DNA of 64,000 nucleotides from Candidatus Hodarchaeum mangrovi (lineage in GTDB: Archaea > Asgardarchaeota > Heimdallarchaeia > Hodarchaeales > Hodarchaeaceae): positions 1 through 64,000 of the forward strand of contig JAEOUE010000127.1 in assembly GCA_016839515.1 (NCBI GenBank). The letters run 5' to 3'. Position 1 is the stretch's first letter, and every line of letters starts with the position of its first letter. Under the pieces are notes generated by a model. The model saw only the letters and a program-made list of their open reading frames with translations. It had not been told where the DNA came from and searched no databases. Shown one piece after another: positions 10,517 through 20,569 of the stretch. Position numbers and translations under genes: made by a program.

Positions 10517-11736
10517 ATTCCAAGTTGAAGCAATTTGGTTACAGAGATTACATTTCTCAATCTAAAATGGGTTCCCGCTTTTTATCTGCATTAAGAGAAG
10601 GAAGACTTGAAGGGACTCATTGTTCTCAATGTGATATTCGTTATTATCCTCCTAGAGCTAATTGTAAAGAATGTCTATCCGATGAAAACATAAATTATAT
10701 AGATTATTCAGGTGAGGGAAAGATATTATCATTTTCAGAAGTTCATGTACCACCTGCAGGATTTGAACGATTCGCACCTTATACGGTATGTGTTATTGAT
10801 TTAAAAGAAGGAGGGCGATTAGTTGCATGGATTAACCAAGAGGGTGAACCTCTTAAAATCGGAGAAGATGTTAGAGTAAAACCAGAGGTTATTGAGGAAG
10901 ATCGTGTTACTTATCGAGTTATAAGGGCTACCCAATCTAAAGAGATAACTAAAATAACTACAACAGAAATAGAGCCTAAATTTAGATTTAAAAAACTTCA
11001 AGGAAAAGTAGCGATTATTACAGGAGGAGGAAAAGGGATTGGTCGGGAAATTGCACTGGAATATGCACGAGAGGGTGCTAAAACTATAGTAGCAGCAAGA
11101 ACACTCTCAGATATTGAAGCTGTTGTAGCAGAAATAAAAGAATTCGGAGGGGAAGCTTTTGCTGTAACATGTGATGTAGCTGATGCAGAAAATGTTCAAC
11201 AATTAATAAACATTACACTAGAAAAATTCCAACAGATAGATATCTTAGTTAATAACGCAGGAATTTCTAGAAGTGCTTTAATAAACAAAATGACAGATGA
11301 TATATGGAATTCGGTTATTAATATCAATTTGACTGGAACTTTTAATTGTATTCGAGCTATTGCTCCATATTTTATGAACAAAAGACCTTTTGGAGGCAAA
11401 ATTATCAATTTTACATCAACTGCTGCAAAATATGGAAATCTAGGGCAAGCAGCGTATGCAGCTTCGAAATGGGGAATTATTGCTTTATCAAAGACTGCAG
11501 CACGAGAACTAGCTCGCTATAAAGTGAATGTAAATTGTATTATGCCAGGATATATCGAAACTGCTATGACTGCAGATACTCCTTTAGTCTATAAGGAAGA
11601 AACAATAGCTCAAATCCCACAGATGAGAATTGGATTTCCGATAGACATTGCCAAAGTCGCTCTTTTTTTAGCGAGTTCTGATTCCGATTATATGACAGGA
11701 TCAGTGGTACAAGTTGATGGTGGCTTGAGGATGTAG
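10489..11736 (+). CDS. DUF35 (Zn-ribbon + OB fold) fused to a FabG/BzdZ-like SDR ketoacyl reductase
   Basis: N-terminal CSQC...YYPPRANCKEC and OB fold; C-terminal TGGGKGIG, NNAG, YAASK, VDGG. Real start probably GTG at 10513, overlapping the thiolase stop. Confidence 0.88.
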   Translation: MRCTYFFEVNSKLKQFGYRDYISQSKMGSRFLSALREGRLEGTHCSQCDIRYYPPRANCKECLSDENINYIDYSGEGKILSFSEVHVPPAGFERFAPYTVCVIDLKEGGRLVAWINQEGEPLKIGEDVRVKPEVIEEDRVTYRVIRATQSKEITKITTTEIEPKFRFKKLQGKVAIITGGGKGIGREIALEYAREGAKTIVAARTLSDIEAVVAEIKEFGGEAFAVTCDVADAENVQQLINITLEKFQQIDILVNNAGISRSALINKMTDDIWNSVININLTGTFNCIRAIAPYFMNKRPFGGKIINFTSTAAKYGNLGQAAYAASKWGIIALSKTAARELARYKVNVNCIMPGYIETAMTADTPLVYKEETIAQIPQMRIGFPIDIAKVALFLASSDSDYMTGSVVQVDGGLRM

Positions 11737-11815
11737 AATCAAAGTCATAGAATTTTTATGCATGAGTGATTTGTGTGGGATATATTGTGATTCAGCTTAA
11801 AGAAGGATAAAAATT

Positions 11816-12928
11816 ATGAAAAATCATGATCTTTGGAAAGATGAATTATTTGGAACTGAACCTCCTTGTACAACTTATGAACTTCGTCCATTAATTGACC
11901 CAACAACTGGGAAGGTGGTCGAGGGACTCTATTCTGCTTGGATAATACTTAACAATCCAGCTCAACTGAATTCATATACTACTCAAATGGTTAAAGGAGT
12001 AATTGCCGGTTTTTCGAGAGCTTCTATGGACCGAAGTGTTGTGAGTGTAGTATTCACAGGAGCAGGAGATAGAGCTTTCTGCACAGGTGGAAATACAAAG
12101 GAATATGCGGAATATTATGCTGGAAGGCCCAGTGAATACGGCTTTTATATGGATCTTTTTAATGGGATGGTTGATGCTATTTTAAACTGTAAAAAACCAG
12201 TAATTTGCCGTTCACAAGGTATAAGAGTAGCAGGAGGACAGGAAATCGGAATGGCTACCGATTTAACTATTTCTGCTGATACAGCTGTTTATGGACAGGC
12301 TGGACCTAGACATGGTTCTGCTCCAGATGGAGGGTCAACTGATTTTCTTCCATGGATGCTATCAATAGAAGATGCTATGTGGAATTGTATTTCCTGTGAA
12401 TTATGGAGTGCTTACAAAATGAAACGATTAGGGATGATATCAAAAGTTGTCCCAGTCCTAAAGAAAGGTGAAGAATTTATCAGAAATCCTACCGTTCACA
12501 CTGAAAAGTATGTTTTGGATGGAGAGATAATTTATGGGGAATTTCTTGTTGGTCAAGCTTTTAAAGAAGCTCGGGAACTCATGAAAAGTTGCACTACTGA
12601 TTTTTCACTATTAGATAAATCGATTGATGAAATTATATGGTCATTCACAAACCTTTTCCCAGGGTGTTTGATGAAATCTATTGATGGTATTCGAATGAAA
12701 AAGAAATTCTTCTGGGATCAAACAAAACTTGCTAATCGTCATTGGTTATCTGTAAATATGACCACAGAGGCATTACTTGGTTTTAGAGCGTTTAACGAAA
12801 GAAAAGAGACTGGAAAAGATGTCATTGATTTTATAAAGTATCGACAACTCTTAGCAGATGCTCATCAATTTGATCAAGATTTAATTGAAGCTGTCCTTCC
12901 CAAACCAAAAGAAAGGAGTAACGAATAA
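11816..12928 (+). CDS. oah: 6-oxocyclohex-1-ene-1-carbonyl-CoA hydrolase (ring cleavage)
   Basis: NNPAQLNSYTT, AFCTGGNTKEYAEYY, GGQEIGMA, QAGPRHGSAPDGGSTDFLP are characteristic of Oah/BamA/BzdY. Confidence 0.93.
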   Translation: MKNHDLWKDELFGTEPPCTTYELRPLIDPTTGKVVEGLYSAWIILNNPAQLNSYTTQMVKGVIAGFSRASMDRSVVSVVFTGAGDRAFCTGGNTKEYAEYYAGRPSEYGFYMDLFNGMVDAILNCKKPVICRSQGIRVAGGQEIGMATDLTISADTAVYGQAGPRHGSAPDGGSTDFLPWMLSIEDAMWNCISCELWSAYKMKRLGMISKVVPVLKKGEEFIRNPTVHTEKYVLDGEIIYGEFLVGQAFKEARELMKSCTTDFSLLDKSIDEIIWSFTNLFPGCLMKSIDGIRMKKKFFWDQTKLANRHWLSVNMTTEALLGFRAFNERKETGKDVIDFIKYRQLLADAHQFDQDLIEAVLPKPKERSNE

Positions 12929-12940
12929 TTAGAGGAGTTT

Positions 12941-14155
12941 GTGATTGTTTTGAGATTTAATAATGTTTATGTTCCTTCTGGATGTTACTGGAGTAGTCCT
13001 TTTGTACGATGGCAAGGTAGTATGGCACATTTAAACTCTATTCCTTTGGCTGCAGAAACAACTAAACGAGCTTTACAAAAATGTAACATCTTGCCCTCCA
13101 GTTTAGATGCAATTCATCTTGGGATAACAATACCACAAAAAAACGGTTTTTATGGCCAAACATGGCTTAGTGGATTAATAGGGGCTCCAAATATTTCTGG
13201 ACCTATGATTAGCCAAGCATGTGCAACCTCAGCTCGGGTAATGGCAACAGCTGCTTCTGAAATTGAATCAAACCAAGTAAAAAATCATACGATATTAGCT
13301 GTGACTTGTGATCGAACTAGTAACGGCCCTCATCTCTTATATCCTAATCCATATGCACCTGGTGGAAAAGCTGATTTTGAAAATTGGGTTTGGGATAATT
13401 TCAACTATGATCCTTATGCAAAAAATGCTATGATTCAAACTGCTGAAAATGTCGCTAAAGAAGAAGCTATCACTAGAGAAATGCAAGAAGAGGCTACATT
13501 ATTACGATATACTCAATATAATAAAGCTTTAGAGAATAATGCAGAATTTCTTCGAAGGTTCATGGATATACCAATGGAGATTAAAATTGGAAAGAAAACA
13601 GCAATTCTTGAGGGCGATGAAGGAGTTTATACAACTTCTGCAGAAGGTCTGGCAAATTTAAGCCCTGTGATTAAAGATGGTACAGTTACATTTGGTACTC
13701 AAACTCATCCCGCTGATGGAAACTGTGGTATGATATTAACTACACAGGAAAATGCTCAAACATTAAGTCTTGACAAAGATTTTGAAATTCAAGTTCTATC
13801 TTTTGGCCAAGCTCGTAGTGAGAAGGGATTCATGCCTACAGCACCTGTTCCAGCTGCGAATAGAGCATTGGAATCAGCTCACCTATCTATATCTGATATT
13901 ACCTCATTTAAGCTTCATAATCCATTTGCAGTGAACGACATTTATTTCAGTCAAAAAATGGATATTTCAATAGAATCTGTAAATAATTATGGTTCAAGTC
14001 TTGTCTGGGGCCATCCTCAAGCCCCTACAGGTATGCGCCTTTTAATTGAACTAATCGAAGAACTTAAATTGAAGAATGGAGGCAATGGCCTATTTGCAGG
14101 ATGTTCTGCAGGTGATTCTGCAGCTTCTATTGTGATCAAAGTCAGTAAGAATTAA
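12941..14155 (+). CDS. Thiolase (likely 3-oxopimeloyl-CoA thiolase)
   Basis: SQACATS, QTHPADG, HNPFAVND, GHPQAPTG, GCSAGD; follows oah. Confidence 0.85.
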   Translation: MIVLRFNNVYVPSGCYWSSPFVRWQGSMAHLNSIPLAAETTKRALQKCNILPSSLDAIHLGITIPQKNGFYGQTWLSGLIGAPNISGPMISQACATSARVMATAASEIESNQVKNHTILAVTCDRTSNGPHLLYPNPYAPGGKADFENWVWDNFNYDPYAKNAMIQTAENVAKEEAITREMQEEATLLRYTQYNKALENNAEFLRRFMDIPMEIKIGKKTAILEGDEGVYTTSAEGLANLSPVIKDGTVTFGTQTHPADGNCGMILTTQENAQTLSLDKDFEIQVLSFGQARSEKGFMPTAPVPAANRALESAHLSISDITSFKLHNPFAVNDIYFSQKMDISIESVNNYGSSLVWGHPQAPTGMRLLIELIEELKLKNGGNGLFAGCSAGDSAASIVIKVSKN

Positions 14156-14259
14156 AAAAATTACTAATCAGAACTCTAATTAGTTTTTTTCATTTGAAAT
14201 TTGTTAAAATCAACTATCATTTATTGATCTGTTGAATTTAAGAAGTAAGAATCGCTATT

Positions 14260-15153
14260 CTATCTAAACAATCGGGGCTCTGGAGGAGTTTTTGAATAAT
14301 CATAGAACCCAATACCCGATTTTCGTCCAAAATGCTTTGCTCGAACCATTTTTCTTAATAATGTAGGCGCCCGATATTTAGAATCCTGAAATTCGGAATG
14401 CATATAATCAGCAATGAACAGTGTTGTATCCAGCCCAACGAAATCCAAAAGGGTTAATGGACCCATTGGATGGTTAAGTCCTAAAGTAATAGCTTTGTCA
14501 AGGTCTTCCACAGAAGCTACACCTTCTTGTATAGTGAAAACTGCCTCTAAAAGGAAGGGTAATAATAGTCTATTGACTGCAAATCCGGGAGCTTCATTTA
14601 CTAAAACTGTTTCCTTTCCTAATTTTTTAGATAGCTGATCAATGAGCCGATAAGTTTCATCTGAAGTTTCATAACCCTTGATAATTTCTACAAGACGCAT
14701 TATTGGAACAGGATTAAAGAAGTGCATACCAATAAATTTATCTGGACGTTTTGTTGCAGAAGCCATGTCAGTAATGGAAATTGAAGAAGTATTTGAGGCA
14801 AAAATGACATTAGGATCACAAATCTGATCGATTTCGCTATAAACTTTGCATTTCAAATCCCGATTTTCTATGATCGCTTCGATAATGACATCAACACCGT
14901 TAAGTGCCTCCTTCATATCAGTAGTGCCGTGAATCCTCCCTAGAATTTCATTCATTTGGTCTTGAGTTATTTTCCCTTTTTTTACTTCACGTGATAGATT
15001 TTTATTAATCATAGCCATTCCGTTGTCTACAAAACGGTCTTCAATATCTCGCATGGAGACTTGAAATCCAGCTTGAGCACATACATGAGCAATTCCATTC
15101 CCCATAAGCCCAGCTCCGAGCACACATATTTTTTTTACATCTTCAATTTTCAT
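14260..15153 (-). CDS. hbd: 3-hydroxyacyl(butyryl)-CoA dehydrogenase
   Basis: GAGLMGNGIA, ASNTSS, GMHFFNP, HPMGPL, GRKSGIGFY. Confidence 0.92.
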   Translation of the reverse strand: MKIEDVKKICVLGAGLMGNGIAHVCAQAGFQVSMRDIEDRFVDNGMAMINKNLSREVKKGKITQDQMNEILGRIHGTTDMKEALNGVDVIIEAIIENRDLKCKVYSEIDQICDPNVIFASNTSSISITDMASATKRPDKFIGMHFFNPVPIMRLVEIIKGYETSDETYRLIDQLSKKLGKETVLVNEAPGFAVNRLLLPFLLEAVFTIQEGVASVEDLDKAITLGLNHPMGPLTLLDFVGLDTTLFIADYMHSEFQDSKYRAPTLLRKMVRAKHFGRKSGIGFYDYSKTPPEPRLFR

Positions 15154-15238
15154 TTTGTAACAACTTCCTCTTAATCTAAATACTTTGCTTGAAAACTCAA
15201 CGAAAAAAGATATTCTGTGTTTCAGTTATTAATTTTGA

Positions 15239-16810
15239 TTAAGTATTAAACCTTTCTCGCAATAGCCGATGTATTATTTTTCCTGAACCTGTTCGTGGCA
15301 TTTCGTCATATTTAATGAATAGTACCTTTTTAGGCACCTTGAAACCTGGCATATTATTTTTACAATAGCTTCGGATTTCTTCTGCCAAACCATCAGAAGG
15401 TGCCCTATCTGCAGTCAAAATACAGATTGCAGTTACCGCTTCACCCCATTTATAATCCTTAAGTCCGACAACAGCACTCTCAATCACAGCTGGATGAGTT
15501 GTAATAACCTTTTCGACTTCAGAGGGAAAAACATGTTCACCACCTGTTATAATCATATTTGCTTTACGATCAACTAAGTAGTAGAATCCATCTTTATCGA
15601 TTTTGGCCATATCTCCAGCACTAAAAAATCCATTATCCATACTTTCAACAGTTTTTTCTGGTAGTTGATGATAATCTGTAAATTGCATTGGACTACGAGA
15701 AAATAGTTCTCCAATTTCACCATTAGCTACAGGTTTACGTGTATTTGGATCTAATATTCTAATAATATCCGAACCAATACATTCTTTACCAATAGATCCA
15801 GCCTTGGTAAATTGATCCTCTGGCCGTAAAATTGTAACTAAACCGGCTTCAGTTGATCCATATGCCTCAAAGAGTCGGACACCCTTGAAAAGATTCATCA
15901 CACCTTTTTTCATTTCAATAGTGGCTGGAGCAGAAGAAGTTAATAATGTTTGAATAGAACTAAGGTCATATTTTGATTTAATTTCTTCAGAGAGTCCTAA
16001 AATTAGATTATAATGAGTTGGTATCATAGAGGTAAATGTGATTTTTTCACGATCAAATATTCCAAGAAGTTCTTCGGGATCAAACCTAATCTCAAGATGT
16101 ACATAAACACTAGCTCCAATGTAAGTAAAAACAAATGCATAGAAAGTTGAATTCACATGTGATAATGGCATAAGGACAAGACCATAGTCTAGAGGAGAAA
16201 AAGAAAACTCAGCAGCATTAATTAAAAAGAAAGAAATATAAGATTGGTGCGATCTTACAACTCCTTTAGGCTTACCAGTTGTTCCGCTTGTATAAAGCAA
16301 TATCCAAGTATCTTCAGGATCTACCTCAATTGAGGGATAATCGTTCTCTCCTTGGCTGATAATTTCTTCAAAATACCTCCAATTATCCTTAATACTAATA
16401 TCACCAATTAAAACATGATGTAGTTTATCAAGCCCATAATTAACAATAAGATCCCAACTTTCGATTGTAATGTCATAATAGGTCTGTTCAACCATTACCA
16501 TCTTTGCTTCGGCATTACGGACAATCCAGTAAAGATCTTCAGGGAGAAGTCGAAAATTCAAAGGTACTACTATAAATCCAGCTTTTGCTGCAGCTCCATA
16601 AATTTCCATGAATTCTATACAATTATTCAATAAAACAGCAATTTTATCTCCTTTTTTCAAACCCATTTTAAGTAGTCCGTTAGCAAGCTTGTTAGTTCTA
16701 ATATCATATTCGCTATTTGTTAAAGAGCGATTTCTATCCTTAATAGCTAGTTTGTCAGGATATTTAATTGCATTTGCCCGAATAATTTCTCCTAAATGTA
16801 ACCACGACAT
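15239..16810 (-). CDS. AMP-forming acyl/aryl-CoA ligase
   Basis: YTSGTTGKPKG, YGSTE, GD, DRK, RTGSGKI. Confidence 0.92.
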   Translation of the reverse strand: MSWLHLGEIIRANAIKYPDKLAIKDRNRSLTNSEYDIRTNKLANGLLKMGLKKGDKIAVLLNNCIEFMEIYGAAAKAGFIVVPLNFRLLPEDLYWIVRNAEAKMVMVEQTYYDITIESWDLIVNYGLDKLHHVLIGDISIKDNWRYFEEIISQGENDYPSIEVDPEDTWILLYTSGTTGKPKGVVRSHQSYISFFLINAAEFSFSPLDYGLVLMPLSHVNSTFYAFVFTYIGASVYVHLEIRFDPEELLGIFDREKITFTSMIPTHYNLILGLSEEIKSKYDLSSIQTLLTSSAPATIEMKKGVMNLFKGVRLFEAYGSTEAGLVTILRPEDQFTKAGSIGKECIGSDIIRILDPNTRKPVANGEIGELFSRSPMQFTDYHQLPEKTVESMDNGFFSAGDMAKIDKDGFYYLVDRKANMIITGGEHVFPSEVEKVITTHPAVIESAVVGLKDYKWGEAVTAICILTADRAPSDGLAEEIRSYCKNNMPGFKVPKKVLFIKYDEMPRTGSGKIIHRLLRERFNT

Positions 16811-17296
16811 TCAAATCAATCCTAATATCTATAATTTACCGTAAGAGCTAAAATAAGCATTTTAACTCTGATTGATATCAAATTTACATTCCATTCAGTG
16901 TCTAGCTTTCATAATGTAAATATCAGATGATGATAACAAGTCGATTTCATTTATAATGAAAACTGATATACTCCGATTTTTGTCCTGCAAAACCTTAAAA
17001 AATTAATGGTAAATACTCACTATCTTTTTATAGATAATAAAATTTATTTTTGTACCAAATTTTTAATGTTAACAATATAAGCTGGAGTTTATGACAATTT
17101 ACTTCCCATTCCTTTTTGTTTTAGAAAAGATGAATTTTTGAAATTCTCATAGGGTTCGAAAATAAATCCAAAATAAAATTTATCAGACAAATCAAGTCAT
17201 GGAATAGAAATGATTAATAATTTCAAATCTCATTGCTCAAAAATATATGGCAGTTTATATCCAAAGTTTTTAACTTAATATACAGGAGGATTTTGA

Positions 17297-18265
17297 TTGA
17301 AATATAGAAAGCTAGGAAAATCAGGGTTAAAAATCTCTGAGCTTAGTCTAGGTGCTTGGTTAACATATGGAGGTTCATTAGAACAAGACCAAAGTAAACC
17401 TTGTATCTCAAAAGCTATTGAATTAGGTGTAAACTTTATTGATATTGCAGATATTTATGCCAAAGGTAAAGCAGAAGAAGTTGTAGGAAATATATTGATT
17501 GATTATAATCGCAAAGATCTCGTTATCAGTAGCAAAGTCTTTTGGCCGATGAGTAATTCACCAAATGATCGTGGTCTTTCTCGGAAACATATTATGGAAT
17601 CAATTGAAGGAACATTGGATCGATTACAAACTGATTATATTGATATTTATTTTTGTCATCGGTTTGATCGGGAAACACCCCTTGAAGAGACTGTAAAGGC
17701 AATGTCAGATTTGGTGGATCAGGGTTTAGTGCACTATTGGGGTACCTCTGTTTGGACAGCAGCTCAACTAGAACGAGCTGTAGGAATCGCAAAGACCAAT
17801 GGTTACCATCCACCCTCTGTAGAACAACCACGCTATAATATGCTTGATCGATATATTGAATTAGAAGTCATGGAGACTACATCCCAACATGGTATGGGAA
17901 TTGTTGTTTGGTCACCTCTGGGTGGAGGATTATTAACAGGCAAATATAATAAAACTATTCCTGAAGATAGTCGGGCAGCTACCACCCAATTTGTTAAACG
18001 AGAAATAACTCCAGAAAATATTCAGAAAATAACCCAACTTCAATCTATAGCAAATGAACTTAATCTCACGATTGGACAACTAGCTCTTGCATGGATATTA
18101 AGACGACCTGAGATTAGCTCAGCAATAACTGGAGCAACTAAAGCTGAACATGTGGAAAGTAATATGCAGGCTTCTGGAATCGTTTTAGAGAATGATATAT
18201 TAAATAGAATTGAAGAAGTTCTAGGTAATAAACCAGAAATGCATCCTGTTTACCGTCCACCTTGA
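17297..18265 (+). CDS. Aldo/keto reductase (Kv-beta-like subfamily)
   Basis: LGKSGLKIS, DIADIY, GLSRKHI, HRFD, WSPL..GLLTGKY. Confidence 0.92.
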   Translation: MKYRKLGKSGLKISELSLGAWLTYGGSLEQDQSKPCISKAIELGVNFIDIADIYAKGKAEEVVGNILIDYNRKDLVISSKVFWPMSNSPNDRGLSRKHIMESIEGTLDRLQTDYIDIYFCHRFDRETPLEETVKAMSDLVDQGLVHYWGTSVWTAAQLERAVGIAKTNGYHPPSVEQPRYNMLDRYIELEVMETTSQHGMGIVVWSPLGGGLLTGKYNKTIPEDSRAATTQFVKREITPENIQKITQLQSIANELNLTIGQLALAWILRRPEISSAITGATKAEHVESNMQASGIVLENDILNRIEEVLGNKPEMHPVYRPP

Positions 18266-18362
18266 TAGACGTTTTTAAGTGATTTAGCTAAGATAAAAGG
18301 AAGAAAAGGAGTGAAAGAAAGAGGGTGAGGATTTCCTTTTTTTCGCAGATTAGTGTTGAAGA

Positions 18363-18545
18363 TTAAGAGGCTTTGTCCTTTGATTTTTCCTTTGGAGAGG
18401 TAAATATGGGACCATTATAGTTCAGTAGTTCAATTGCAATCATTAGTTGGACTTGTGGATTATTGTTCTGTAGTTGAGAGAAAGGTTGAATTGGTGGGTG
18501 TTGTTTCATAAGATCATCCTCACAATCAATAGTGGGTTCTTTCAT
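18363..18545 (-). CDS. 60-aa microprotein with QLxxxIxxLNYxGPxF motif
   Basis: Motif shared with the adjacent ORF 18669-18830; TATA-like element at ~18600-18610. Confidence 0.55.
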   Translation of the reverse strand: MKEPTIDCEDDLMKQHPPIQPFSQLQNNNPQVQLMIAIELLNYNGPIFTSPKEKSKDKAS

Positions 18546-18668
18546 TTCAAATACTATGATGTTACGCAGGTATTATCTTAAGTTCATTTTTTTTGTCGGT
18601 ATATATTAAGTTTTACTTGGATGAGGATCATTTTCGAGAACTTGTGAGATCTTCAATTAATTATCTTT

Positions 18669-18830
18669 CTAAATTATTGTCGTAACAACAATGGGAGCAG
18701 TGCTTTTATTAGATTTATTTTCCTCTACTGGAAGAGCTCGAATAAATAATGGGCCATGATAATTTAGAAATTGTATAACCTTTTGTAACTGTTCATAATT
18801 TTGAAATTCTTCTTTCATCATTCTCATCAT
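18669..18830 (-). CDS. 53-aa microprotein with QLxxxIxxLNYxGPxF motif
   Basis: Manual translation MMRMMKEEFQNYEQLQKVIQFLNYHGPLFIRALPVEENKSNKSTAPIVVTTII; TTTTTGATATATAAA ~20-35 nt upstream. Confidence 0.55.
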   Translation of the reverse strand: MMRMMKEEFQNYEQLQKVIQFLNYHGPLFIRALPVEENKSNKSTAPIVVTTII

Positions 18831-19048
18831 TTACAATTAATTTAGCTAATTTATATATCAAAAACAAAGTTGATCTTTATATCTTTAGGAAGATTTCATA
18901 GTTTTTGACTTAAAAACTCATAGGGAGAAAATAAAAACATAAATCCGTTCACACTCTATATATCTCTTGTTAAAATTTAATTATAGAGAATCAAGCCGAT
19001 ATTTTAAACGAGAATGATGAATACTAACAATTTTGTAAAGAAAATTAA

Positions 19049-20254
19049 TCAAGTAAATGTTTCATCAAAATGAGGATCATACTTAGATAGCATATACCGC
19101 CCTATTATCATTCGCTGAATTTGGGAGGTTCCCTCATAAATTTGATACAACTTAGCGTCTCTAAAGAGTTTTTCAATGAGATATGTCTTAATGTATCCAT
19201 AACCACCAAATATTTGTACCGCATCTGATGCAGTTTTCATTCCATAATCAGAGGCAAAAGCTTTCGCAATACTTGCACTAATAGTATTGTCTCGTCCTTG
19301 ATCGGCCTCCCAAGCAGAAAACCATGTTAACAATCTTGCAGCGTCATAGTGCATTTTCATTTCAGCGATCATAAATTGTATGGATTGAAAATCAGATAAT
19401 TTACTTTCAAAGGCTTCTCTACGTTTTGAATAAGCAATAGCATATTCCATAGCTGCCCTAGCCATTCCCGTTGCAAATGCTCCTATGGTGGGGCGAGTGT
19501 GTGCAAAAGTTTTCATTGCGATAGGAAAACCATTTCCTGGCTCTCCTAATATATGGTCCTTGGGAACTCTAACGTTGTCAAGGCTAATTCGCACTGTATT
19601 TGAGGCCTTATGTCCCATTTTCGGTATTGGTTTTCCAAGACGTATCCCTTCTAGATCCATGGGTATTACCACACCTGTTATCCCTTTATGTCGCTTTGTG
19701 CCCTCAAGTCGTACAAATGTACTCATAAATGAGGCTACACCACCATTAGTGATCCACATCTTCCTTCCATTCAGTATAATATCATTATTTTCCAACCGAG
19801 CGGTTGTTGCAATCCCTGCAACATCTGATCCCATACCAGGTTCAGAAGTAGCAAATGCAATAAACTTTAACTCTTCAGTTAGAGGTTTTAAAAATCTTTC
19901 TTTTTGTTCTGCTGTTCCTCCAATTATAATAGGTTCAGCTCCTAGACAGTTATCAAATAATGAAGTTGTTATACCTGGATCAGCTGCAGCTGTCTCTTCT
20001 ACTATTAAACAGTTTTCTAGGATTCCTAAACCAGGCCCTCCTACTTCTCGAGGAAAAATAGTATTCATTAATCCCTGTTCAAAAGCTTTTTGATAAATTT
20101 CGTATGGAAACTCCCCAGATTCATCATATTTACGTGAGACGGGAATGATCTCTTGAATAGCAAATTCCCTTGCTTTTTTCTGTAATGCTTTTTGTTCATC
20201 TGTTAGATTAAAGTCAACCATAGATCTTACTTCCTTAATAGTAATAGATATCAA
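19049..20254 (-). CDS. Acyl-CoA dehydrogenase
   Basis: SEPGMGSD, NGRKMWITNG, QIFGGYGY, YQIYEGTSQIQR. Likely start ATG at 20221 (MVDFNL). Confidence 0.93.
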   Translation of the reverse strand: MISITIKEVRSMVDFNLTDEQKALQKKAREFAIQEIIPVSRKYDESGEFPYEIYQKAFEQGLMNTIFPREVGGPGLGILENCLIVEETAAADPGITTSLFDNCLGAEPIIIGGTAEQKERFLKPLTEELKFIAFATSEPGMGSDVAGIATTARLENNDIILNGRKMWITNGGVASFMSTFVRLEGTKRHKGITGVVIPMDLEGIRLGKPIPKMGHKASNTVRISLDNVRVPKDHILGEPGNGFPIAMKTFAHTRPTIGAFATGMARAAMEYAIAYSKRREAFESKLSDFQSIQFMIAEMKMHYDAARLLTWFSAWEADQGRDNTISASIAKAFASDYGMKTASDAVQIFGGYGYIKTYLIEKLFRDAKLYQIYEGTSQIQRMIIGRYMLSKYDPHFDETFT

Positions 20255-20569
20255 ATTTCTTATATAAAAGATTATCAGAGCTCTTTTATCTATCTAAGAA
20301 TTCAAATAAAACTTTTTCCTGTTTTAGTCATTATACTCTTTTCATTAATTGCTTAAAATTTCTTCATTTCTCTTTTCGGAAGAATTGAGCTGTTTTTTTT
20401 TGATTAATCTCTATATTACTTAATTATGGCTAAATGTTTTTTCGACACTTATGATTTTTTGTAATTGAATCATGCCTCATACCGATATCTTGAAGAGAAA
20501 GGAAGCTATTTAATATATTAATAAATGAGAGCAAAATATCATTCTGTGTGAATATTAGGGCGAAATGAA

